DNA of 63,862 bases, the filler included, from Chiloscyllium plagiosum (taxonomy: Eukaryota), in the NCBI RefSeq assembly GCF_004010195.1. It is 4 parts of one record of this genome, joined end to end, with 100 filler letters (N's around TTAATTAATTAA, not from the genome) between each part and the next. Parts side by side here need not be neighbours in the genome. Positions count along the whole stretch, not along the records: positions 27,368 to 47,241 come from NC_057716.1; positions 47,342 to 59,541 come from NC_057716.1; 2 more parts are not named here. One strand, given 5' to 3'. The notes under the pieces were generated by a model. It saw only the letters and a list, made by a program, of their open reading frames with translations. It did not search any database and was not told the DNA's origin. The position numbers and the translations under genes were made by a program. Of this stretch, positions 36,290-49,494 are shown piece after piece. The number at the start of each line of letters is the position of its first letter. Positions within the stretch are counted from its first letter, which is position 1.

Positions 36290-37824
36290 TTAGAGTCATA
36301 GAGTCATGGAGATGTACAGCACGGAAACAGACCCTTCGGTCCAACACGTCCATGCTGACTAGATATCCTAAATTAATCTAATTTCATTTGCCAGCACCTG
36401 GCCCATATCCCTNNNNNNNNNNNNNNNNNNNNNNNNNNNNNNNNNNNNNNNNNNNNNNNNNNNNNNNNNNNNNNNACCAATGTCCTGTACAGCCGCAACA
36501 TGACCTCCCAACTCCTGTACTCAATACTCTGACCAATAAAGGAAAGCATACCAAACGCCTTCTTCACTATCCTATCTACCTGCGACTCCACTTTCAAGGA
36601 GCTATGAACCTGCACTTCAAGGTCTCTTTGTTCAGCAACACTCCCTAGAACCTTACCATTAAGTGTATAAGTCCTGCTAAGATTTGCTTTCCCAAAATAC
36701 AGGACATTTATCTGAATTAAACTCCATCTGTCCCTCCTCAGCCCATTGACCCATCTGTTCTAAATCCTGTTGTACTCTAAGGTAACCTTCTTCGCTGTCC
36801 ACTACACCTCCAATTTTGGTGTCATCTGCAAACCAACTAACTATTCCTTTTATGTTCATATCCAAATCATTTATATAAATGAAGAAAAGTAGTGGACCCA
36901 GCACCGATCCTTATAGCATACCACTGGTCACAGGCCTCCGGTCTGAAAAGCACCACGTTTGCCAATCTCCAGTCTTCCGGCACCTCACCTGTGACTATCG
37001 ATGATACAAATATCTCAGCAAGAGGCCCAGCAATCATTTCCCAAGCTTCCCACAGAGTTCTAGGGTACACCTGATGAGGTCCTGGGGATTTATCCACTTT
37101 TCTGCATTTTAAGACATCCAGCACCTCCTCCTCTGTAATATGGACATTTTTCAAGATGTCACCATCTACTTCCCTACAGTCTCTATCTTCCATACCTTTC
37201 CCCACAGTAAACATTGATGCAAAATACTCATTTAGTATCTTCCCCACCTCCTGCAGTTCCACACATAGATGGCCTTGCTGATCTTTGAGGGGTCCTATTC
37301 TCTCCTGAGTTACCCTTTACTCCTTAATGTATTCGTAGAGTCCCTTTGGATTCTCCTTAACCCTATCTGCCAACGGTATCTCATGACCTCTTTTTGCCCT
37401 CCTGATTTCCCTCTTAAGTGTACTCCTGTTATCTTTATACTGTTCTAAGGATTCACTTGATCTATCCTGTCTATACCTGACATATACTTCTTTCTTTTTC
37501 TTGACCAAACCCTCAATTTCTCTGGCCATCCAGCATTCCCTACACCTACCAGCCTTGCCTTTCACCCTAATAGGAATGTACAGTCTCTGGAATCTCGTTA
37601 TCTCATTTTTGAAAGCTTCCCATTTTCCAGCCCTCCCTTTACCTGCGAATATCTGCCTCCAATCGACTTTTGAAAGTTCTTGCCAAATACCATCAACTTT
37701 GGTCTTCCTCTACTTTAGAACTTTAACTTTTAGATCCTGTCTATCCTCTCTCATCACTTTTTAAAACTAATAGAATTATGGTCACTGTATTCTCCCACTG
37801 ACATCTCAGTCACCTGCCCTGCCT
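36290..37824 (-). mobile_element. Decayed CR1 LINE ORF2 with internal deletion
   Basis: 'DKSPGP.QVYPR', 'LGPLLF.IYINDL', 'FADDTKIGG'. Confidence 0.88.
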
Positions 37825-38268
37825 NNNNNNNNNNNNNNNNNNNNNNNNNNNNNNNNNNNNNNNNNNNNNNNNNNNNNNNNNNNNNNNNNNNNNNNNNNNN
37901 NNNNNNNNNNNNNNNNNNNNNNNNNNNNNNNNNNNNNNNNNNNNNNNNNNNNNNNNNNNNNNNNNNNNNNNNNNNNNNNNNNNNNNNNNNNNNNNNNNNN
38001 NNNNNNNNNNNNNNNNNNNNNNNNNNNNNNNNNNNNNNNNNNNNNNNNNNNNNNNNNNNNNNNNNNNNNNNNNNNNNNNNNNNNNNNNNNNNNNNNNNNN
38101 NNNNNNNNNNNNNNNNNNNNNNNNNNNNNNNNNNNNNNNNNNNNNNNNNNNNNNNNNNNNNNNNNNNNNNNNNNNNNNNNNNNNNNNNNNNNNNNNNNNN
38201 NNNNNNNNNNNNNNNNNNNNNNNNNNNNNNNNNNNNNNNNNNNNNNNNNNNNNNNNNNNNNNNNNNNN

Positions 38269-39385
38269 ACCTTCCAAAATGCATCACTTCGCATTTATCC
38301 AGGTTGAACTCCATCTGCCACCTTTCAGCCCATCTCTGCATCCTGTCAATGTCCCGCTGCAGCCTACAACAGCCCTCTATACTGTCAACGACACCTCCAA
38401 CCTTTGTGTCATCTGCAAACTTGCTGACCCATCCTTCAATCCCCTCATCCAAGTCATTAATAAAAATTACAAACAATAGAGGCCCAAGGACAGAGCCCTG
38501 TGGAACACCACTCACCACAGACTTCCAGGCAGATTATTTTCCTTCTACTACCACTCGCTGTCTTCTGTTGGCCAGCCAATTCTGTATCCAGACAGCTATG
38601 TTCCCCTGAATCCCATTCCTCCTGACCTTCTGAGGAAGCCTACCATGGGGAACCTTATCAAATGCCTTGCTGAAGTCCATATACACCACATCTACAGCTC
38701 GACCTTCATCAATGTTTCTAGTCACATCCTCAAAGAACTCGATAAGGTTTGTGAGGCATGACCTGCCCCTCACAAAGCCGTGTTGACTGTATTTAATCAA
38801 GCCATGCTCTCCCAGCTGGTCATAAATCCTATCCCTCAGAATCCTTTCTAACACCTTGCAGACGACAGACGTGAGACTGACTGGTCTGTAATTGCCAGGG
38901 ATTTCCCTATTTCCTTTCTTGAAGAGAGGAATTACATTTGCCTCTCTCCAGTCCTCAGGTACGACTCCAGTGGAGAGCGAGGATGAAAAGATCTTCGCAA
39001 GTGGCGAAGCAATTGCATTTCTCGTTTCCCAAAGCAGCCGAGGACAAATCTGGTCCGGGCCTGGCGACTTGTCAACCTTAATGTTTGACAAAATTTTCAG
39101 CACATCATTTTCCTCTATCTCTATCCATTTCAGCATGCACACCTGCTCTTCAAAGGTTTCATTCACTACAAGGTCCTTTTCTTTCGTAAAGACAGGAGCA
39201 AAAACCTCATTTAGGGCTTCCCCTACCTCCTCAGACTCTATACACAAATTCCCAATGCTATCCCTGATCGGGCCTACCCTTTCTTTGACCATTCTCTTAT
39301 TCCTCACATAAGTGTAAAATGCCTTTGGATTCTCCCTAATCCGTTCTGCCAAGCCTTTCTCGTGCCCCCTCCTGGCTCTCCTCAG
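38269..39385 (-). mobile_element. Relatively intact CR1 RT core between two gaps
   Basis: 272-aa ORF with 'NYRPVSLTSVVCK', 'QHGF', 'DFSKAFDKVPH'; one stop, then '[24 protein letters not shown]'. Confidence 0.93.
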
Positions 39386-41561
39386 NNNNNNNNNNNNNNN
39401 NNNNNNNNNNNNNNNNNNNNNNNNNNNNNNNNNNNNNNNNNNNNNNNNNNNNNNNNNNNNNNNNNNNNNNNNNNNNNNNNNNNNNNNNNNNNNNNNNNNN
39501 NNNNNNNNNNNNNNNNNNNNNNNNNNNNNNNNNNNNNNNNNNNNNNNNNNNNNNNNNNNNNNNNNNNNNNNNNNNNNNNNNNNNNNNNNNNNNNNNNNNN
39601 NNNNNNNNNNNNNNNNNNNNNNNNNNNNNNNNNNNNNNNNNNNNNNNNNNNNNNNNNNNNNNNNNNNNNNNNNNNNNNNNNNNNNNNNNNNNNNNNNNNN
39701 NNNNNNNNNNNNNNNNNNNNNNNNNNNNNNNNNNNNNNNNNNNNNNNNNNNNNNNNNNNNNNNNNNNNNNNNNNNNNNNNNNNNNNNNNNNNNNNNNNNN
39801 NNNNNNNNNNNNNNNNNNNNNNNNNNNNNNNNNNNNNNNNNNNNNNNNNNNNNNNNNNNNNNNNNNNNNNNNNNNNNNNNNNNNNATAGAGTCAGTGTTT
39901 ATTCAGCAGGGTAAGGGTCACTCGCTGTGTAACTGTACAGAGTCAGGGTTTATTCAGCAGGGTAAGGGTCACTCACTGTGTAACTGTACAGAGTCAGTGT
40001 TTATTCAGCAGGGTAAGGGTCACTCACTGTGTAACTGTACAGAGTCAGTGTTTATTCAGCAGGTGAAGTGTCAATGAAACTGATCAGAACAAAGAACTCT
40101 GTTCCCCATCAAAACTTCGTCGAGACATGATTCCTTTCCAAACTAAAGCCGATTTCTCTCTGTCCTGTCCACTTCCCTTTGTTGCCTGACTGTTCATTGC
40201 TATATGCCTCTACCACCTCCCCTGGCAGCACATCCCAGTCACTTAACCACCTTCTGTGTAAAAAGCTTGTCTCTCAGATCTCTTTTAAACTCTGTGTTTT
40301 CCCTTAAACCTTTGTCCCCCAGTACTTTTCATTTTTACCCTGGAAAAAAAGACTCCCACCATCCATTCTGTCCATTTCTCTCACAATTTTGGAAACTTCG
40401 ACCAGATCTCCCCTCAGCTTCAACATTGAAGTAAAGTCAAACCAAGTTTGTCCAACCTTTCCTCATAGCTAATCCCCTCCAAACCAGGCAATTACCTGGT
40501 AAACATTTTCTGTAACCTCTCCAAAGCCTCCATATCCTCCCAGTAGTGAGGGAACCAAATATGTACACAATATTCTAAATATGGACCTGTTTGCTTAGAT
40601 CCCTATTCATGTTAGTACTATTAAGAGTTGTGTCATTCACTGTATGTTCCCTCCTGCACTAGACTCCCCAAAATGCATCATCTCACATTTGTCTGGATTA
40701 ACCCCCATCTACCATTTCTCCACCCAACTCTCCAGCCTGTCTATATCCTGCTGTATCCTCTGGTCGTTGTCCTCACTACCTGCAGCCTCCCCAATCTTCG
40801 TGTCAACCACAACTTACTCATCAGGGCCACCTACATTCTCTTACAAATCATTTATACACATTACAAACAACAGGGGTCCCAGCACTGGTCACATGGAACA
40901 CCATTGGGCACAGATCTCCAATCTGAACACCCTTTCACCATTACTCTCCGTCTTCCAAGACAAAGCCAGTTCCGTGTCCATTTATACCAGCTCACCGCAG
41001 ATTCCATGTGACTTCACCTTTTGTATCAGGCAAGTGGCCTTGCTAAAGACCATATAGACAATATCCACATGCTCCCCTCATTGATCATCTTTGTCACTCC
41101 CTCAAAAAACTCAACCAGGTTTGTGAGGCACAACCTTCCCCATATAAAGGTATGCTGGTTATCATTATTAAGTCCATATTTTTCCAAATTTGAACAAATC
41201 TTATCCCTAAGAATCTTCTCCACTAATTTCCCTATCACTGCCATAAGGTTCACCAGCCAGGAATTTCCTGGATTATCCCTATTGCCCTTCTTAAACAAAA
41301 TAACAATGTTGGCTATGCTCCAGTCCTCTGGAATCTCTCCGATGACTAAAGAGGATACAAAATTTCATTAGCAGTTCCCTTACCTCCCTCACTCAGCATT
41401 CTGCGATAGATCCAATCAGATCCTGGCATTTGTCTACCTTAATACTTTTCAAGTCACCCAACACCTCTTTTTTCTCATATCAACATATCCCTCCCAAGAC
41501 TCACCAACCACCATGTCCTTCTCCATTGCAATACTGGGTCAAAGTACTCATCCACTTCCTT

Positions 41562-43395
41562 CAGAGCGAGTGTGTATTCAGTAGAGTAAGGGTCACTCAC
41601 TGTGTAACCATACAGTCAGTGTTTATTCAGCAGGGTAAGGGTCACGCGTTGTGTAACTGCACAGAGTCAGTGTTTATTCAGCAAGGTAAGGGTCACTCAC
41701 TGTATAACGGTACAGAGTCAGTGTTTATTCAGCAGGGTAAGGGTCACTCACTGTGTAACTGTACAGAGTCAGTGTTTATTCAGCAGGGTAAGGGTCACTC
41801 GCTGTGTAACTGTACAGAGTCAGTGTTTATTCAGCAGGGTAAGGGTCACTCACTGTGTAACTGTACAGAGTTAGTGTTTATTCAGCAGGATAAGGGTCAC
41901 TGGTTGTGTAACTGTACAGAGTCAGTGTTTATTCAGCAGTGTAAGGGTCACTCTCTGTGTAACTGTACAGAGTCAGTGTTTATTTAGCAGGGTAAGGGTC
42001 ACTCACTGTGTAACCGTACAGAGTCAGTGTTTATTCAGCAGGGTAAGGGTCACTCACTGTGTAACTGTACAGAGTCAGGGTTTATTCAGCAGGGTAAGGG
42101 TCACTCACTGTGTAACCGTACAGAGTCAGTGTTTATTCAGCAGGGTAAGGGTCACTCACTGTGTAACCGTACAGAGTCAGTGTTTATTCAGCAGGGTAAG
42201 GGTCACTCACTGTGTAACCGTACAGAGTCAGTGTTTATTCAGCAGGGTAAGGGTCACTCACTGTGTAACCGTACAGAGTCAGTGTTTATTCAGCAGGGTA
42301 AGGGTCACTCACTGTGTAACCGTACAGAGTCAGTGTTTATTCAGCAGGGTAAGGGTCACTCACTGTGTAACCGTACAGAGTCAGTGTTTATTCAGCAGGG
42401 TAAGGGTCACTCACTGTGTAACCATACAGAGTCAGGGTTTATTCAGCAGGGTAAGAGTCACTCACTGTGTAACCGTACAGAGTCAGTGTTTATTCAGCAG
42501 GGTAAGGGTCACTCACTGTGTAACCGTACAGAGTCAGTGTTTATTCAGCAGGGTAAGGGTCACTCACTGTGTAACCGTACAGAGTCAGTGTTTATTCAGC
42601 AGGGTAAGGGTCACTCACTGTGTAACCGTACAGAGTCAGTATTTATTCAGNNNNNNNNNNNNNNNNNNNNNNNNNNNNNNNNNNNNNNNNNNNNNNNNNN
42701 NNNNNNNNNNNNNNNNNNNNNNNNNNNNNNNNNNNNNNNNNNNNNNNNNNNNNNNNGTGGAGGTTGGGTTGGTGGGGGGTGTGGACCTGACGAGGGAGTC
42801 ACGGAGGGAGTGGTCTTTCCGGAACGCTGATAGGGGAGGGGAGGGAAATATATCCTTGGTGGTGGGGTCCGTTTGTAGGTGGCAGAAATGACGAAGGATG
42901 ATAAGATGTATCTGGAGGTTGGTGGGATGGTAGGTGAGGACCAGTGGGGTTCTGTCCTGGTGGCGGTTGGAGGGGCGGGGTTCAAGTGTGGAGGAGCGGG
43001 AAGTGGAAGAGATGCGGTGGATGGCATCGTCAACCACGTCAGGGGGGAAATTGCGGTCTTTGAAGAAGGAGGCCATCTGGGTTGTTCGGTATTGGAATTG
43101 GTCCTCCTGGGAGCAGATGCAGCGAAGGAATTGGGAGAATGGGATAGCGTTTTTACAGGGGGCAGAGTCAGTGTTTATTCAGCAGGGTAAGGGTCACTCG
43201 CTGCGTAACTGTACGTGTAACCGTACAGAGTCAGTGTTTATTCAGCAGGGTAAGGGTCACTGTGTCACCGTACAGAGTCAGTGTTTATTCAGCAGGGTAA
43301 GGGTCACTCGCTGTGTAACTGTACAGAGTCAGTGTTTATTCAGCAGGGTAAGGGTCACTCACTGTGTAACTGCACAGAGTCTGTGTTTATTCAGC
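41562..43395 (+). repeat. 51-bp minisatellite (CAGAGTCAGTGTTTATTCAGCAGGGTAAGGGTCACTCACTGTGTAACCGTA)n, also at 39886-40062
   Basis: More than 20 near-identical units, interrupted by a gap and a Penelope fragment. Confidence 0.95.
42757..43163 (-). mobile_element. Penelope ORF fragment (linker between RT thumb and GIY-YIG)
   Basis: 'RTPLVLTYHP...DIFPSPPLSAFRKDHSLRDSLVRS'. Confidence 0.8.
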
Positions 43396-44171
43396 ATTGA
43401 ATGGGTTAACACTGTTGTTCATGTGCTTTTTCTGGACCTGTCTAATGTAATCTTTGATAGAAGGCCAAAACTTTTAAAAATATATATATATTATTTTTAA
43501 ACTACTCTAAGCAGGTTTATTTTTACTGCGGTGTTTCCATATTCACTCTCTCACCCAAAGAATACTTGCTGTGTAGTGTGTAAGATGTGGATGGAGTGAC
43601 CATTTGGAATGGGGCTGAGTCCCTGAGTCCTGTGTGACATGCCCACCTTCTGGGTTCTGGTGGGTCTGCTGTCAGATAGGCACGAAGGGGAACAGAGTAA
43701 AATACAGCCTGCGACATCAAGGCAGAGATGTGCCCTGCAGACTGATCCCTACTCACCCGCTCTCAGACCGCAATATGGTTTGGTCAGACTCCGGACTTTG
43801 GAAGTGATCGAGCAAGTTGTGCTCCAAATGCAGTTGAAATTGTGCAGGAAGTGTCTGGCTTTAAGTTTCAGAAATAAATTAATTTGCATGATCAAAATCT
43901 TGTAATTATCAATGAAGCATTGCAATTAGACAGAGCAACAGAATGACATTGTTGATATAATTACAGAGGTAACAGCATAGTCTTTTTTCACCGAGTTGAA
44001 AGCATCTGTATACTTCACAATACGTAAAATACAGGCAGGCTGTCCTTCTGAACATCTGGTGTCATAGAATCACTGAGAAAATCCAATGTATCACCAGTCG
44101 GCGGGTCGGTGTGGACTTGTTGGGCCAAAGGGCCTGTTTCCACACTGTAATGTAATCTAATCTAATCGAAT

Positions 44172-45460
44172 CAGTCTCACACACAGACCCTCACTGGGGT
44201 ACACTCCCACACACACCGACCCTCACTGGGGTACACTCCCACACACAGAGACCCTCACTGGGGTACAGTCCCACACACACTGACCCTCACTGGGGTACAG
44301 TCCCACACACACCGACCCTCACTGGGGTACAGTCCCACACACACTGACTCTCACTGGGGTACAGTCCCACACACACTGACCCTCACTGGGGTACACTCCC
44401 ACACACACTGACTCTCACTGGGGTACTGTCCCACACACACTGACTCTCAACTGGGGTACATTCCCAACACATTGACTCTCACTGGGGCGTTGGACCCACA
44501 CACACTGACCCTCACTGGGGTACACTCCCACACACACTGACTCTCACTGGGGTACTGTCCCACACACACTGACTCTCACTGGGGTACACTTCCACACACA
44601 CTGACTCTCACTGGGGGACAGTCCCACACACACTGACATTCACTGGATAACAGTCCCCCACACACTGACTCTCACTGGGGTACGGTCCCCCACACACTGA
44701 CTCTCACTGGGGTACAGTCCCAAACACACTGAATCTCACTGGGGTACAGTCCCAAACACACTGACTCTCACTGGGGTACACTCCCACACACACTGACTCT
44801 CACTGGGGTACAGTCCCCCACACACATTCTCCCTGTGTCTGCGTGGGTTTCTTCCGGGTGCTCCAGTTTCCTCCCACAGTTCAAAAATGTGTAGGTTAGG
44901 TGAACTTATGCCTGAAACGTCGATTCTCCTGCTCCTTTGATGCTGCCTGACCTGCTGCGCTTTTCCAGATCTCCAGCATCTGCAGTCCTCACTTTCCCCC
45001 AAATTGGTCGTAGTGTTAGATAAGGGGTAAATGTAGGGGAATGGGTCTGGGTGGGTTGTGCTTCGGCGGGTCGGTGTGGACTTGTTGGACCGAAGGGCCT
45101 GTTTCCACGCTGTAAGTAATCTAATCTAAATTGCCCATACTGCTTGGTGCAATACTTAGAGTGAAATGGGTCTGGGTGGGTTACTCTTTAAAGGGTCGGT
45201 GTGGACTAGTTGGGCTGAAGGGCCTGTTTCCACACTATAGGGAATCTAATCACACTGACTGTCACTGGGATACAGTCCCACACACACTGACTTTCACTGG
45301 GGTACAGTCCCACACTCACTGACTGTCACTGGGGTACAGTCCCACACACACTGACCCTCATTGGGGTACAGTCCCACACACACTAACTCTCACTGGGGTA
45401 CAGTCCCACACACACTGACTCTCACTGGGGTACAGTCCCACACACATTGACTTCACTGGG
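44172..45460 (-). repeat. 32-bp minisatellite arrays (inverse of 27139-28009) interrupted by SINE and Penelope-repeat fragments (44826-45250)
   Basis: Tandem CTCACTGGGGTACAGTCCCACACACACTGA units. Confidence 0.9.
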
Positions 45461-47341
45461 AAGGTGTTGCAGTGAAGTGAGTTTCTGGTGTAACCAGACA
45501 CCAAACTCTCCGATATATTTAAAGTCCGGAAGGCAGTTGTTGGCATCATTGCTCACTGTCGATTCTGAGCCAGATTCTCTTGCTGTTTTGTTCGTTGCCA
45601 GAATTTGAGGATATAGCAAGATTGTTTCCTCACCTTTCCCTCTGTCGCCTCTCTGCCCCGTGCATTCCAACCCTACAGTCCCATCGCACCTTTTAACCCG
45701 CACCCCTCGACCTGTACCTCACCATGTTCATTCCCAACAGTCCTTCACCCAGAGATACAGTCTCTACCCTGAACTGTAATATCTTTCATCTCTGTCCCTA
45801 TGGCGACTGACTCTCCTGCCACTGGGAAACAGCTTTTCCTTATTCACTCGATTAAAATACTTTCAGAAATTTAAACACCTCCATTAAAATGCCAGCATTA
45901 GATTCTGTACAACCCCAGTGTCCTCAGACTCTCCCTGGTCCCATTTGAGTGAATTTCCTCATGGTCCTGACAACCTTCCTAAAGTGTAGAGACTGAATCA
46001 GACAACTCTCACACTGACGCCTGAGCTAGTGATTTGGAAAGGGTTTAGTGTAATGGTCTTGCTTTGGTAATCTCTGGCTGTTGTAATGGATCCAAGCAAG
46101 TTCCTGTTCCTCACTGCACTTTTTAAATTTCAGTCAGTGAACTGCAAGTGACAAGACCATCTGCACATGATTCAATCCAGAGTTCATTTACTTTCAATAA
46201 AACTACAGTAAAAGCTCAGGCTGAAATTCTGGGCTCCTCCCTCAGCGCTGACAGAATTCCAGTGATATGGTTTTTTTTTTATCCCTGTCAAAGATACGGA
46301 GAGATTAAGGAGGCTATTTCCCTTCTGTTTTTAGAAAGCTGGGAATTTGAATGTTGGTGGTTCTTGTTTAGAGTGAGGGCTCAACACAGTGTGTAACCAC
46401 CACAAACCAGTACTGTCCAGCTCTGCGAGGTGACATTAACTAATCTCTTTAACGCGCTCAGCTCACTACATGTCCAATTTAAAATCCCCACTGTCCAGTT
46501 TGGAATCTGTCATTCGCTTCACCCTCTACCTAGACCCTTAGCTACCTGCACCACAAACTTTGGAATTCTCTCTCTAAAGTCTCTCTCTTCTCTAAAATAA
46601 TCTGAGAACCTCATTAGGATTGATAACGTCTGAAGGGTTTGGCTGGGGTAAATGTAGTGGAGATGTTTCTCCAAGTGGAAGAGTCTCAAACTTGAGATCA
46701 CCCTTTCAAAATCAAGGGTCATCCATTTAAAGGTTCACCAATGTCCTTCAGGGAAAGAAATCTGCCACCCTTACCCAGTCTGGTCTACACGTGACTCCAG
46801 ACCCACAGTGATGTGGTTGACTCTCAGTCACCCTCTGAAAAGGTGCAGTAAGCCACTCAGTTATACCAATCACTACAAAGTCTCAAAGAAATGAAACTGG
46901 ACGGATCACCTGGCATCGACCCAGGAACCGGAAAAGACAGCAGCAGAAACATCCCTGTCTGACCCTGCAGTGTCCTCCTCACTGCCATCTGGGGTTAGTG
47001 CCAACATTGGGAGAGCTGTCTCACAGACTCATCCAGCAACAGCCTGATATAGTCATAGCGACAGAATCCTACCTTACAGACAATGTTCCAGACCCCACCA
47101 TCACCATCCCTGGATATGGCCTGTCCCACCGGCAGGACTGACCCAGCAGAGGGTCGGCACAACGGGATACAGTCGGGAGGGAGTGGCCTCAGCATTGACT
47201 CCGGACCCCATGGGGTCTCATGGCTTCAGGTTAAACATGGGNNNNNNNNNNNNNNNNNNNNNNNNNNNNNNNNNNNNNNNNNNNNTTAATTAATTAANNN
47301 NNNNNNNNNNNNNNNNNNNNNNNNNNNNNNNNNNNNNNNNN

Positions 47342-48005
47342 GGAGTCCATGTACGTAGATCCCTGAAAGTTGTCACCAAGGTGGATAGTGCTGTTAAGGA
47401 GGCATACAGTGCGTTAGGTTTCATTGGGAGAGGGATTGAGTTCCGGAGCAGTATTGTAATGCTGCAACTATACAAAATGTTAATATTGTGTACAGTTCTG
47501 GTCACCCCATGACAGAAAGGATGTGGAAGCATTGGAAAAGGTGCAGAGGAGATTTACCAGGATGTTGCCTGGTCTGGAGGGAAGGTCTTATGAGGAAAGG
47601 TTGAGGGACTAGGGTCTGTTCTCATTGGAGAGAAGAAGGTTAAGGGGGGGATTTGATAGAGACATACAAGATGATCAGAGGATTAGATAGGGTAGACAGT
47701 GAGAGTCTTTATCCTAGGATGATGACATCAGCGTGTACGAGGGGACATAACTACAAATTGAGGGGTGATAGATTTAAGACAGATGTCAGAGGCAGGTTCT
47801 TTACTCAGAGAGTGGTAAGGGTGTGGAATGCCCTACTTACCAATGTAGTCAACTCAACCACAATAGGGAGATTTAAACAATCCTTGGATAAGCACACGGA
47901 TGATGATGGGATAGTGTAGGGGGATGTGCTTGGATTAGTTCACAGGTCGGCGCAATATCGAGGGCCAAAGGGCCTGTTCTGCGCTGTATTGTTCTATGTT
48001 CTATC
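47342..48005 (+). mobile_element. CR1 LINE 3' end with (TTCTATG)n tail
   Basis: 'RFFTQRVVRVWNAL', 3' UTR GAAGGGCCTGT-like motif and microsatellite tail. Confidence 0.88.
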
Positions 48006-48049
48006 CTTCTAAAGTGTCCTCAAACATTCCTGATATGTTAAACCTTTAG

Positions 48050-48356
48050 CTTAGATTAGATTACTTACAGTGTGGAAACAGGCCCTTCGGCCCAACAAGT
48101 CCACACCGCCCCGCCGAAGTGTAACCCACCCATACCCCTACATCTACCCCTTACCTAACACTACGGGCAATTTAGCATGGCCAATTCACCTGACCTGCAC
48201 ATCTTTGGACTGTGGGAGGAAACCGGAGCACCCGGAGGAAACCCACGCAGACACGGGGAGAACGTGCAAACTCCACACAGTCAGTCGCCTGAGGCAGGAA
48301 TCGAACCCGTGTCCCGGCACTGGGGGGCAGCTGTGCTAACCACTGTACCACTGTGC
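48050..48356 (-). mobile_element. HE1/V-SINE
   Basis: B-box GGTTCGATTCC, V-domain and (TAATC)n tail on the - strand. Confidence 0.88.
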
Positions 48357-48553
48357 TGGGACCATTCTCATGAACCTCCTCTGGACCCGCTCCAAGGGCA
48401 GTAAATCTTCCTGAGATATGGGGCCCAAAACTGTGCACAATACTCCGAATGTCTGACCAGAGCCTTATAAAGCCTCCGACGTACATCCCTGCCTATATGT
48501 TCTAGTCCTCTTGAAATAAATACCAACAATGTGTTTGCCTTCCTAACTACCCG

Positions 48554-48588
48554 TTCCTGAGGAAGGGCTCATGCCCGAAACGTCGATT
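48554..48588 (+). ncRNA. Minimal hammerhead motif (family A) inside a 93-bp insertion (48553-48645) with 14-bp TSD CTTCCTAACTACCC
   Basis: CTGAGGA-A-GGGC(TCAT)GCCC-GAAACGTC; TSD at 48539-48552 and 48646-48659. Confidence 0.7.
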
Positions 48589-48744
48589 CTCCTGCTCCCT
48601 GGATGCTGCCTGACCTGCTGCGCTTTTCCAGCAACACATTTTCAGCTTCCTAACTACCCAGTCAACCTCCAAGTTAACCTTAACAGAAGGACTCCCCAGA
48701 CACTTTGCACTTCAGATTTCTGAATTTTCTCCCCATTTAGAAAT

Positions 48745-49494
48745 GATAAAGCCAGCTGTAGTTCCTGCTTGAAGTCCAGTTGGGCTTTTGCTGGTAGGTG
48801 CCTTTGTGTGGTTACATCACTAATTCCACAGACCAAACGATTGTCCAGTATCTCATTCAGGGTTAAACCAAAGTCACACACCTCTGCCAATCGTCCTAAC
48901 ATCATCAAAAACCCCAACTCTCGAGTAAAACCGATAGTGTCTCTGAATTAGAGGAGATTTCAGATCATAACATTCCTCAACTAAATCCGGCAACTCTTGG
49001 GAGTTTTAGTATCTGGTGCTTCAGGGAAAGTTCGGCTCCTAATGACTGAAAAAGCTGTCAAGAGAAATACTGTTTGCTTTCTATCTGCTCCAGTGTCATT
49101 TGCTTAGACAAAATAACACATTCTTACCACACTCTGGGCCCAGTATTCAATAGCAGGATCAAACAAGTCCAGCTTCCCAAATAATGACATGATGCTGGAA
49201 ATGCTTACCCCAACTCAATGACAACTGCTGTAATTTCTTCAGGAGTGTGCTTTTCTCTCATTGCCAATGAAATAACTCCACAGAGGCCGGTATCCTGACA
49301 CCAAGTTCCCCTTTATTTACACGAGGAGAATCCCTGACACTGATCCAGCTCCCTCAGGGCCAGCTCTCAGAGTGAACTGAACTTCTAACCTTCCTGTTTA
49401 TATCTGTCAGCCAGGGCTCCCTGATTGAGGCTGTTAACCTGGTCCAATCAGGAAGCTCGCATTCTGTGAGATTCATCTGGCTGACCTCGTTACA
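48745..49494 (-). mobile_element. Gypsy-type LTR retrotransposon remnant: LTR (49268-49494), PBS-like TGGCAATGAG, decayed gag starting at 49190
   Basis: TG...CA termini with internal AATAAA; 'MSLFGKLDLFDPAIEYWAQ' and 'LAEVCDFGLTLNEILDNRLVCGISD' gag-like motifs. Confidence 0.72.

Noticed and set aside
41430..42830. 185-aa and 267-aa repeat ORFs
   Set aside because: By-product of a 51-bp unit divisible by 3; a stop-containing unit near 41985 and no gene context
46146..46172. 'DKTICT' peptide resembling the next ASIC4 exon (NETICP)
   Set aside because: No AG acceptor in the right phase and an immediate stop codon; chance match
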